A stretch of 64,000 bases of DNA. Origin: Bacteroidales bacterium (GTDB lineage: Bacteria; Bacteroidota; Bacteroidia; Bacteroidales; UBA1715). Location: assembly GCA_024402335.1 (NCBI GenBank), contig JAKSTZ010000001.1, positions 23,687 through 87,686 of the forward strand, given 5' to 3'. Made by a program: the position numbers and the translations under genes. This document shows, piece by piece, positions 7,494 to 15,391 of this stretch (the stretch's first letter is position 1; the number at the start of each line of letters is the position of its first letter). A model generated the notes under the pieces. It ran no database searches. It was not told the origin of the DNA and saw nothing but the letters and a program-made list of their open reading frames with translations.

Positions 7494-9029
7494 ATGAAGA
7501 GAATTATTTTTTCGGCTCTTTTGAGCATGGCAATTACACTTCCTGGTATGGCTCAGATTCTTAAAACAACTGTTGCACAAGGTGAAATAGAAGGTGTACT
7601 TCACGAAGGGTTTGCCCTATACAAACGCATTCCGTATGCCGAAGCGCCTGTTGGAAATCTTCGTTGGAAAATGCCTGTGGCAAAAAAGCCATGGAAAGGT
7701 GTTTACAAATCTGACGAATGGGGAAACCGTCCGTTCCAAGTTGACGATCCTAACCAAGGAATCAGCCACATTCCTATGAGCGAAGATTGCCTGTATCTAA
7801 GTGTTGAAACTCCTGCTAAATCGAAAGACGAGAAACTTCCTGTTTTCGTTATGATACATGGCGGTGGATTCTCTACCGGCTCTTACATTGGAACACAAGA
7901 TAGTTTTGCCCGCGAAGGTATCGTATATGTGAGCATAGAATACCGTCTTGGTGCTCTTGGATTCATGGCACATCCTGAGTTAAGCAAAGAATCGGGCAAA
8001 AAGATTTCTGGCAACTATGGTATCTACGACCAAATTATGGCTCTAAATTGGATACACGATAATATCGCTGCATTTGGTGGAGACCCAGAAAAAGTTACAA
8101 TCTGCGGTGAATCTGCCGGTGGATATTCGGTAAGTATTTTGTGTGCTTCACCATTATGTAAAGGATTATTCCGTGCTGCAATCAGCGAAAGCGGAGGGAA
8201 CTTTGGGCCTATCTCAAATCAGCCATACGGCGGCGTAAATAATGTGCGCTATGTGAAACCTGCAGAAACAGCAGGCTTAGATTTCCAAAAGAAATTGAAA
8301 GCAAAAAATCTAAAAGCACTTCGTGCAATGTCGGCACAAACTATACTTGACAGCACGGGATACAAATTATTCTGGCCAGTAGTTGACGGTTATGCCATTG
8401 TAGATGACCAATACAAATTATATGAACAAGGCAAATACAACGATGTCGATATTATGATTGGCTACAACGACGACGAAGGCAGTCTTTTTATTTACAATAT
8501 GACTGTTGACCAATACAAACAAATGGCAAAAGAGCAATTTGGAGATTATACTAATAAATTCTTCGAAGCATATCCTGCACAAAACGACCAAGAGGCATTA
8601 TATGCAATACAAGAGATGTTCAGAGACCGTCCTTTCGGATGGGACACATACGCATGGGCTAACCTACAAACAGCTACAGGAAAAGGAAATGTGTACATGT
8701 ACTACTTTGCACAGAAGTCTCAAAATAGTATTCTAAAAAGCGGAACAAGAGGTGCAACACACGTTGCTGAAATGCCATTTATTTATGGTAGCGATTTCGG
8801 CGGTGCTATGAGCGAAACCGACACACACATGTCGCAAATTATGGCAAAATACTGGATTAACTTTGTTAAAACTGGAAATCCTAATGCCGAAGGCTTGCCA
8901 TTCTGGTGCACCTACAAACAAGGTGAAGAATCTGTTATGACAATGAAAAAAGGATTCTACCTTACACCTGTTCCAAATCAAAAGCAAATGGATTTCTTTG
9001 AAGATTTCTACAAATCAGTACGAAAATAA
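7494..9029 (+). CDS. carboxylesterase, type B (alpha/beta hydrolase), secreted
   Basis: ORF-track start 7473 is TTG, so it was trimmed to ATG 7494 (MKRIIFSALLSMAITLPGMAQ signal peptide). HGGGF oxyanion motif and GESAGG nucleophile elbow are present. TActTTTG lies at 7468-7475. Confidence 0.85.
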   Translation: MKRIIFSALLSMAITLPGMAQILKTTVAQGEIEGVLHEGFALYKRIPYAEAPVGNLRWKMPVAKKPWKGVYKSDEWGNRPFQVDDPNQGISHIPMSEDCLYLSVETPAKSKDEKLPVFVMIHGGGFSTGSYIGTQDSFAREGIVYVSIEYRLGALGFMAHPELSKESGKKISGNYGIYDQIMALNWIHDNIAAFGGDPEKVTICGESAGGYSVSILCASPLCKGLFRAAISESGGNFGPISNQPYGGVNNVRYVKPAETAGLDFQKKLKAKNLKALRAMSAQTILDSTGYKLFWPVVDGYAIVDDQYKLYEQGKYNDVDIMIGYNDDEGSLFIYNMTVDQYKQMAKEQFGDYTNKFFEAYPAQNDQEALYAIQEMFRDRPFGWDTYAWANLQTATGKGNVYMYYFAQKSQNSILKSGTRGATHVAEMPFIYGSDFGGAMSETDTHMSQIMAKYWINFVKTGNPNAEGLPFWCTYKQGEESVMTMKKGFYLTPVPNQKQMDFFEDFYKSVRK

Positions 9030-9036
9030 AAAACAT

Positions 9037-9066
9037 GGAGACGCAATAAATCGCGTCTCTTCTTTA
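9037..9066 (+). terminator. intrinsic terminator after the esterase gene
   Basis: Stem gagacgc (9038-9044) pairs with gcgtctc (9053-9059), followed by the T-rich ttctttat. Confidence 0.6.
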
Positions 9067-9067
9067 T

Positions 9068-9484
9068 ATGGAAACAAATTACGAACATAGTCTTGAAGAA
9101 GCAAACGTACGCGTCACTGCAGTTCGTTTGCTTATTTGGAAGACAATAAACACAGAAATGTCTGGTGCATTTTCATTGGTCGACATGGAAAATGCTATGC
9201 CAACAGTGGACCGTTCAACTATTTTCAGAACTCTTTCATTATTTGCAGAAAAACATCTACTCCATTTAATTGACGACGGTTCTGGTATGCAGAAATATTG
9301 TATTTGTCATTGTGAAGACAAGCATCATCATCACGGACATATTCACCTGACTTGCACAATTTGCCATGAAACATTCTGTCTTGAACAAGTAGAAATCCCT
9401 AACGTTCCTGTACCAACTGGGTGGCAAGTAGATGAAGCTGAATATATTATAAAAGGCATCTGTCCAAAATGTAAGAAAAAATAA
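9068..9484 (+). CDS. Fur-family metalloregulator (Zur-like)
   Basis: 138 aa. A winged-helix N-terminus is followed by HCEDKHHHHGHIHLTCTICHETFC and CPKC, that is, paired CxxC motifs plus a His cluster typical of Fur/Zur. It sits immediately upstream of a metal ATPase. Confidence 0.8.
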   Translation: METNYEHSLEEANVRVTAVRLLIWKTINTEMSGAFSLVDMENAMPTVDRSTIFRTLSLFAEKHLLHLIDDGSGMQKYCICHCEDKHHHHGHIHLTCTICHETFCLEQVEIPNVPVPTGWQVDEAEYIIKGICPKCKKK

Positions 9485-9485
9485 G

Positions 9486-9510
9486 GTTGCAATATTTGCA
9501 ACTCAGTTGC
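9486..9510. promoter_or_regulatory. overlapping palindromes (candidate Fur/Zur-family operator) between the fur-family gene and the metal ATPase
   Basis: GTTGCAA-tat-TTGCAAC (9486-9502) overlaps GCAAC-tca-GTTGC (9498-9510). It also overlaps the near-consensus -7 box AAtaTTTG (9491-9498), 59 nt upstream of ATG 9558. Confidence 0.35.
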
Positions 9511-9557
9511 GAAAGTTTTGCCACATCTTTGTCACCGTAAACTTAAAGACAAAAGAT

Positions 9558-11576
9558 ATGGCACATTCAGAAGAACATTCTCACAATTGCTGTTCACACG
9601 AACACAGCAACCATGCCCATGAAGAACATTCACACTCTCATGGTTGTCATTGTAATGAACACGCTCACGAACATGAACACCATCATCACCATGAAGGCGG
9701 GATGAAAAAACAAATCATTACAATTGCATGCACAATTGTTTTACTTATTGCCGCAGTTCTTATCGAACAATATTGTGATTTACAAACATGGCAATTATTG
9801 ATAATCTATCTTATTCCGTACTTGCTTATTGGTCACGAGACATTGCACGAAGCAGCCGAAGGCATAACGGAAGGTGATATCTTTAATGAACATTTTCTTA
9901 TGGCAATTGCCACTATCGGTGCGCTTTGCATAGGATTTCTACCTGGAGCGGAAACTGAATTTCCCGAAGCTGTTTTTGTAATGCTATTTTTCCAAATAGG
10001 CGAATTATTCGAAGGCTATGCCGAAGGTAAAAGTCGCGAAAGCATTTCTCATTTAATGGATATCCGTCCCGATACGGCAAATGTAGAACGTAATGGAGAA
10101 ATCATTAGCGTCTCTCCGGAAACCGTTTCTGTAGGAGAAATAATCATCATAAAACCTGGGGAGAAAATTCCATTAGATGGTATTGTAATCGAAGGTAGTT
10201 CCTTATTAAACACAGTTGCACTCACAGGCGAAAGCGCTCCTCGCGAAATCTCTGTTGACGACGAAGTTATTTCCGGTTGTGTAAACAGTAGTGGAGTTAT
10301 TCGAGTAAAAACAACAAAAACCTTCGGAGAAAGTACTGTTTCTAAAATTATCAACTTAGTTGAAAATGCCAGCGACAGCAAATCTAAAAGTGAAACGTTC
10401 ATCACGCGATTTGCACGGATTTATACTCCAATAGTTGTATGTTCAGCTGTTGCCTTGGCTATTCTTCCTCCTTTATTCTCAGGAAGCTTCATGGCGGCGT
10501 TCCCAACGTGGTTGTATCGAGCACTTACATTCTTAATTGTATCTTGTCCTTGTGCCTTAGTAATTAGCGTTCCACTAACATTCTTTGGCGGCATAGGCGG
10601 AGCTTCCCGTAATGGTATTCTAATTAAAGGTGCCAACTATATGGACACTCTTTCAAAAGTTAAAACGGTAGTTTTTGACAAAACAGGTACGCTTACCCAT
10701 GGACAGTTCGCTGTAGAAGCTATTCATCCTGAGACATGCAACGAAAGACATTTATTACACCTTGCCGCACATGTAGAACATTTTTCTACTCACCCAATAG
10801 CAGCAGCACTTCGCAATGCATTTCCAGAAGAATCTACCGACGGATGTAGCGTAAGTGATGTAGAAGAAATTGCAGGACATGGCATACGAGCAAAAATTGG
10901 CAACGACATTGTTTGTGTAGGTAACACAAAAATGATGGAAAGCATAGGAGCTGAATGGCACGATTGCCCACACATTGGAACCATAATTCACGTTGCAATC
11001 AATAATGTATATGCGGGACATATAGTAATAAACGACGTGATAAAAGAAGACAGCGCCGAAGCAATTTCTAATTTAACAAAACTCGGTGTAAATAAAACAG
11101 TTATGCTGACTGGTGACAGAAAAGAAGTTGGCGAAGATGTTGCAAAAAAACTTGGATTAAGCGAATTCCACACCGAACTACTTCCAACTGACAAAGTTTC
11201 TCATATAGAACGACTTTTAGATGAGAAAGAAAATGGTTCTTTCCTTGCTTTCGTTGGCGACGGTATAAACGATGCTCCTGTTTTAGCCAGAGCAGACGTT
11301 GGAATTGCAATGGGCGGTCTTGGTAGCGACGCTGCCATAGAAGCAGCCGATGTAGTCCTTATGGACGACAAGCCATCTAAAATTGCATTGGCAATACAAA
11401 TTGCACGCAGAACACTTCGAATCGCACACCAAAATGTATGGTTCGCCATAGGTGTAAAGATTCTTGTACTTATACTGGCAACCGTTGGAATTAGTACCTT
11501 ATGGATGGCTGTATTTGCCGATGTTGGCGTTACCGTTTTAGCAGTATTAAATGCAATGAGAGCTTTGCAGAAATAA
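9558..11576 (+). CDS. heavy-metal translocating P1B-type ATPase (Zn/Cd/Co-type) with His-rich N-terminus
   Basis: ORF-track start 9507 is TTG, so it was trimmed to ATG 9558 (MAHSEEHSHNCCSHEH...). CPC in SCPCALV, DKTGTLT phosphorylation site, GDGINDAP hinge. Confidence 0.9.
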   Translation: MAHSEEHSHNCCSHEHSNHAHEEHSHSHGCHCNEHAHEHEHHHHHEGGMKKQIITIACTIVLLIAAVLIEQYCDLQTWQLLIIYLIPYLLIGHETLHEAAEGITEGDIFNEHFLMAIATIGALCIGFLPGAETEFPEAVFVMLFFQIGELFEGYAEGKSRESISHLMDIRPDTANVERNGEIISVSPETVSVGEIIIIKPGEKIPLDGIVIEGSSLLNTVALTGESAPREISVDDEVISGCVNSSGVIRVKTTKTFGESTVSKIINLVENASDSKSKSETFITRFARIYTPIVVCSAVALAILPPLFSGSFMAAFPTWLYRALTFLIVSCPCALVISVPLTFFGGIGGASRNGILIKGANYMDTLSKVKTVVFDKTGTLTHGQFAVEAIHPETCNERHLLHLAAHVEHFSTHPIAAALRNAFPEESTDGCSVSDVEEIAGHGIRAKIGNDIVCVGNTKMMESIGAEWHDCPHIGTIIHVAINNVYAGHIVINDVIKEDSAEAISNLTKLGVNKTVMLTGDRKEVGEDVAKKLGLSEFHTELLPTDKVSHIERLLDEKENGSFLAFVGDGINDAPVLARADVGIAMGGLGSDAAIEAADVVLMDDKPSKIALAIQIARRTLRIAHQNVWFAIGVKILVLILATVGISTLWMAVFADVGVTVLAVLNAMRALQK

Positions 11577-11590
11577 AATTCACATACCAC

Positions 11591-11626
11591 AAAGAGCCAT
11601 TATGAAATTTCATAATGGCTCTTTTC
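11591..11626 (+). terminator. intrinsic terminator after the P-type ATPase gene
   Basis: Perfect palindrome aaagagccattatgaaa/tttcataatggctcttt (17-nt arms) followed by tttc. Lies 15 nt after the stop codon. Confidence 0.75.
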
Positions 11627-11701
11627 AAAACTATAGCTGATAGTTTATCTATTTATTGTAAGAAAAAATCTTGTCACAATTGCCAAACCAAAAAGAAAGC
11701 A

Positions 11702-11709
11702 TATATTTG
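11702..11709 (+). promoter_or_regulatory. TAnnTTTG promoter motif for metK (implies a ~115-nt leader)
   Basis: TAtaTTTG lies downstream of the ATPase terminator and 120 nt upstream of ATG 11830. Confidence 0.4.
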
Positions 11710-11829
11710 CATTGTACAAGTGGAAAGATTTGATTTGATTGCAACCACAGAAAAAAATGCTAAAACAGCACAGGTTCTCACTTCCAATTTTTCCCATTAT
11801 TATTTATTAATTAACCTTATAAAGTAGTT

Positions 11830-13113
11830 ATGGGATATTTTTTTTCATCAGAATCAGTTTCTGAAGGTCATCCAGACAAAGTCGCTGACCAAATTTCCGA
11901 CGCAATTCTTGACAACATCCTTGCTCAAGATGCAACTTCTAAAGTTGCTTGCGAAACATTGGTAACAACTGGCCAAGTTATCGTTGCCGGTGAAATCAAA
12001 ACACAAGCAAAAATCAACGAACAAGACATCGCTCGTGGCGTTATCAAAAAAATTGGATACACGAAAAGTGAATACAAATTCGACAGCGAATCTTGTGGTA
12101 TTCTAACTGCACTTCACGGTCAGTCGCCAGACATCAACCGTGGTGTTGAACGCAAAGAATCTTACGATCAAGGCGCTGGCGACCAAGGTATGATGTTCGG
12201 TTACGCTTGTAACGAAACTGAAAGCCGTATGCCAATTTCACTTGATATGGCTCATAATCTTTTGATTGAACTTGCAAACATCCGTAACGAAGGTAAAAAA
12301 ATGAAATATCTTCGTCCTGATTCAAAATCGCAAGTTACAATTGAATACGACGACAACAACAAGCCAAAACGTGTTGACACTATCGTAATCTCAACTCAAC
12401 ATGATGAATTCATAAAAGATGAAAAAAATCAGTTGAAAGCTGACGAAGAAATGGTTGCTACTATCAAACAAGACGTAGAAAAAATCCTTATTCCTCGTGT
12501 TTTAAAACTTCATCCAGAATACAAAAACCTTCTAAAAGGTTCATATAACTTATTAGTAAACCCAACTGGAAAATTCGTAATTGGTGGTCCTTACGGCGAC
12601 ACTGGTCTAACAGGTCGTAAAATCATCGTTGATACTTACGGTGGTAAAGGTGCTCACGGTGGTGGTGCTTTCTCTGGTAAAGATCCTTCAAAAGTTGACC
12701 GTTCTGCTGCATACGCAGCACGTCACTTGGCTAAAAACCTTGTTGCTGCAGGTGTTGCCGACGAAGTTCTTGTACAAGTAGCCTACGCAATTGGTGTTGC
12801 TGAACCTATGAATTTATTCATCAACACATACGGTACTTCGAAATTGGCAATTTCTGATGGCGAAATCGCACAAAAAATCGCAGACAGTAAAATCTTCGAC
12901 ATGCGTCCAAAAGCAATCGAAGATAGACTAAAATTACGTAATCCTATCTACCAAGAAACTGCTTCATACGGCCACATGGGTAGAACTCCAGAAACAGTAA
13001 CAAAATCATTTGTTGGCGCAGACGGAAAAACTATCACTAAAAAAGTTGAACTTTTCACTTGGGAAAAAGAAGACAAGGTAAAAGACGTTAAAAAACTTTT
13101 CGGTTTAAAATAA
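11830..13113 (+). CDS. metK: S-adenosylmethionine synthetase
   Basis: 427 aa. Motifs [26 protein letters not shown] and [19 protein letters not shown]. Confidence 0.97.
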   Translation: MGYFFSSESVSEGHPDKVADQISDAILDNILAQDATSKVACETLVTTGQVIVAGEIKTQAKINEQDIARGVIKKIGYTKSEYKFDSESCGILTALHGQSPDINRGVERKESYDQGAGDQGMMFGYACNETESRMPISLDMAHNLLIELANIRNEGKKMKYLRPDSKSQVTIEYDDNNKPKRVDTIVISTQHDEFIKDEKNQLKADEEMVATIKQDVEKILIPRVLKLHPEYKNLLKGSYNLLVNPTGKFVIGGPYGDTGLTGRKIIVDTYGGKGAHGGGAFSGKDPSKVDRSAAYAARHLAKNLVAAGVADEVLVQVAYAIGVAEPMNLFINTYGTSKLAISDGEIAQKIADSKIFDMRPKAIEDRLKLRNPIYQETASYGHMGRTPETVTKSFVGADGKTITKKVELFTWEKEDKVKDVKKLFGLK

Positions 13114-13128
13114 GAGAATCAAGCAGAT

Positions 13129-13707
13129 ATGGAACTCATTTTTGCATCGAACAACCGTCATAAATTAGAGGAAATCTCAAAAATTATCGGTGACTCATAT
13201 TCAATATTGAACCTAAAACAAGCAAACTGCGAAGGCGAAATTCCTGAAACAGGTGAAACGTTAGCAGAAAATGCTTTACAAAAGGCTCATTGGGTATACG
13301 ACAGAACAGGGAAAAACTGTTTTGCTGATGATACTGGTCTTGAAATTGATGCGCTAAACGGTGCTCCTGGAGTTTACACTGCACGTTTTGCAGGTGAAGA
13401 TTGCACTCCCGAAGATAATATTCAAAAAACACTACGTTTACTACAAGGTGTTACCAACAGACGTGCTTGTTTTAAGACTGTGATTGCATGTATTTTAGAC
13501 GGGAAAGAATATTTATTCGAAGGTGAAGTTGAAGGCGAAATTGCAACTGAAAAATTAGGAGTTGGCGGGTTTGGTTATGATCCTATCTTTGTACCAAAAG
13601 GCTACAAAGAATCATTTGCACAAATGCCTCTTGACCTAAAAAATAGCATGAGCCATCGTGGTCGCGCCACTGCAAAATTTGTAGAATTCCTACACGGCTT
13701 ACAATAA
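13129..13707 (+). CDS. rdgB: non-canonical purine NTP pyrophosphatase (dITP/XTP), RdgB/HAM1 family
   Basis: 192 aa. Motifs FASNNRHKLEE, DDTGLEIDALNGAPGVYTARF and FGYDPIF. Confidence 0.9.
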   Translation: MELIFASNNRHKLEEISKIIGDSYSILNLKQANCEGEIPETGETLAENALQKAHWVYDRTGKNCFADDTGLEIDALNGAPGVYTARFAGEDCTPEDNIQKTLRLLQGVTNRRACFKTVIACILDGKEYLFEGEVEGEIATEKLGVGGFGYDPIFVPKGYKESFAQMPLDLKNSMSHRGRATAKFVEFLHGLQ

Positions 13708-13731
13708 CAAACGACAACAAACCGTTTATTT

Positions 13732-13768
13732 AAAAAGAGACAATGTACAATACATTGTCTCTTTTTTT
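13732..13768. terminator. bidirectional intrinsic terminator between convergent rdgB and recO
   Basis: aaaaagagacaatgta-caa-tacattgtctcttttttt: a 12-bp GC-containing stem flanked by an A-run on one side and a T-run on the other. Confidence 0.8.
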
Positions 13769-14483
13769 ATTCAAATACCATCTTTAATATTTCCAACGAT
13801 TTGATACTTTGAGTACTGCAAATATGTACATCATAATATCGCAACAGAATAGACAAAAGACGTTGTCTATCAGCTTGTTGCAAATCTATATCATCAGTCA
13901 ATTCATTTGTTTGCAATAAACGTGCGAATAACGCGCTATCACTCAACGACAAGGTTCCATCCTCACTGTCCTGCGGGACAAATTGTGCATGTAAAAGAGA
14001 AAAAACAGTATTCTGTTCATCAAAATTATTATTTGGGAACACACCCAACAATTGAGTAAGATGCAATAGAAACAATATATGTAAGTTGGAATAATTTGTT
14101 TCACTTTCCTCCAACAACGTTATAAACGTTCGTATATATCGGAAAACCAACTCATTACATTCTTCTTCACGAAACACACGATTCAGAATTTCTCCCACAA
14201 ACAAAGCTATTGTAGATTTAAATACATTAGAAGCCGTATTGGTTGGTACCAATGCAAATTGCACTGACGTAAGTCTATGTATTTGAGCAGGATCTTTCTT
14301 ACGGAGAGCTGTAATTTTCAACAACGACAAAGGCTGAAACATTGCCATCTTCGAGCGGTTTTTTCGCACGCCATTCATAATATAGGAACCATTTCCATAT
14401 CGTTCCGTATAGATATGCGCAATCACACTCGTTTCCGAATATTTTATTGTATGCAGAACTATAGCGTCAGTTTCAAGTTGCAT
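13767..14483 (-). CDS. recO: DNA repair protein RecO
   Basis: 238 aa. The N-terminal OB-fold pattern (AIVLHTIKYSETSVIAHIYTERYG) and overall length and layout fit RecO. Confidence 0.8.
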   Translation of the reverse strand: MQLETDAIVLHTIKYSETSVIAHIYTERYGNGSYIMNGVRKNRSKMAMFQPLSLLKITALRKKDPAQIHRLTSVQFALVPTNTASNVFKSTIALFVGEILNRVFREEECNELVFRYIRTFITLLEESETNYSNLHILFLLHLTQLLGVFPNNNFDEQNTVFSLLHAQFVPQDSEDGTLSLSDSALFARLLQTNELTDDIDLQQADRQRLLSILLRYYDVHICSTQSIKSLEILKMVFE

Positions 14484-14494
14484 AGTGTATCAGA

Positions 14495-15391
14495 TCAAAG
14501 ACCAGAATCAGCTTCTCTTTTCTTTTTCTTCTTCAATTTTTCTGGTATATAGTCAGAAAATTTTTGCCGAGGACTATGTAAATCTATATCTGCAATATAG
14601 TGCAACTTTCCTTGTTTGAATTTATAGCCATCAATAGAAAAATCCGGACCATAATATTCATAAATTCCCTCATAACGCGGGTCTGCTGCCGCAATATGAT
14701 CAAGGACATACATTTTCTTTTTCTTCTCGTAACGCAACATCATAGTTTGTTTCGAAGAATACTCAAATACAATGCGTTTTTTGTATCCTTTCCCTTTCAA
14801 TTCAAGAATTTGATGGCCAAAAGCAGGTTTACCTTTCTTATCAAATCGGAACGTTTCTATGACTTTTTTCTGCGTATATATAGTGTTCGGACGCCAACCT
14901 AACAAGACATAAGTTGTAACGTCATCATACTTAAATTCACGAATATCGTAATAAGTCGCCCCATACCAGAATTTTGGCGTACAGTTCGTCATTGTCGGAT
15001 CTTTCATTGACGGTGCAAAATCTTGAAGATGATACAATTCCACCGTGTTTGTTTCTTTAAAATATTGTTGTAATACACCAAATGTTTCGTATGTTCCATT
15101 AGTATGAACGATAAACCAAGTAAAAATACGGAACGTTTGGTCCGGAGCCGTAACTTTCGCAATCTTCAGGTCGTTGAAAGCATAATGGAATGATTCCGGT
15201 ATTTTCAAAACAGAATCTAAAATCGTTATGAAAATTTTATTGTTTTTTATGTTGTCTTCTTCCGAAGCAAAACGCGAAATATTAGAATAAATAGCTATTA
15301 GATTATATTCATCTTTGCTAAAATCCTTTCCCTGTGAACTTACCCACAAAGGCAACAACAGCAACAAAAAAGTACAAATTCGCTTCAACAT
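14495..15391 (-). CDS. hypothetical secreted protein with Lys-rich C-terminus
   Basis: 298 aa. Signal peptide MLKRICTFLLLLLPLWVSSQ and C-terminal KLKKKKKREADSGL. The start codon overlaps the upstream S8 peptidase stop by 1 nt (TAATG). Confidence 0.6.
   Translation of the reverse strand: MLKRICTFLLLLLPLWVSSQGKDFSKDEYNLIAIYSNISRFASEEDNIKNNKIFITILDSVLKIPESFHYAFNDLKIAKVTAPDQTFRIFTWFIVHTNGTYETFGVLQQYFKETNTVELYHLQDFAPSMKDPTMTNCTPKFWYGATYYDIREFKYDDVTTYVLLGWRPNTIYTQKKVIETFRFDKKGKPAFGHQILELKGKGYKKRIVFEYSSKQTMMLRYEKKKKMYVLDHIAAADPRYEGIYEYYGPDFSIDGYKFKQGKLHYIADIDLHSPRQKFSDYIPEKLKKKKKREADSGL

Noticed and set aside
9570-9700. CAC/CAT-rich low-complexity DNA
   Set aside because: It encodes the His-rich metal-binding N-terminus of the ATPase (HSHNCCSHEHSNHAHEEHSHSHGCHCNEHAHEHEHHHHHE). 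It is not a DNA repeat element or a CRISPR-like array.
10049-11590. Series of minus-strand ORFs (10049..10405, 10421..10636, 10755..11021, 10988..11194, 11201..11590)
   Set aside because: All are antisense to the P1B ATPase, which has every canonical motif in the plus frame.
11615-11827. 70-aa ORF filling the metK upstream region
   Set aside because: It starts inside the ATPase terminator hairpin, spans the predicted metK promoter and leader, and has no recognisable features. The region is more plausibly non-coding.
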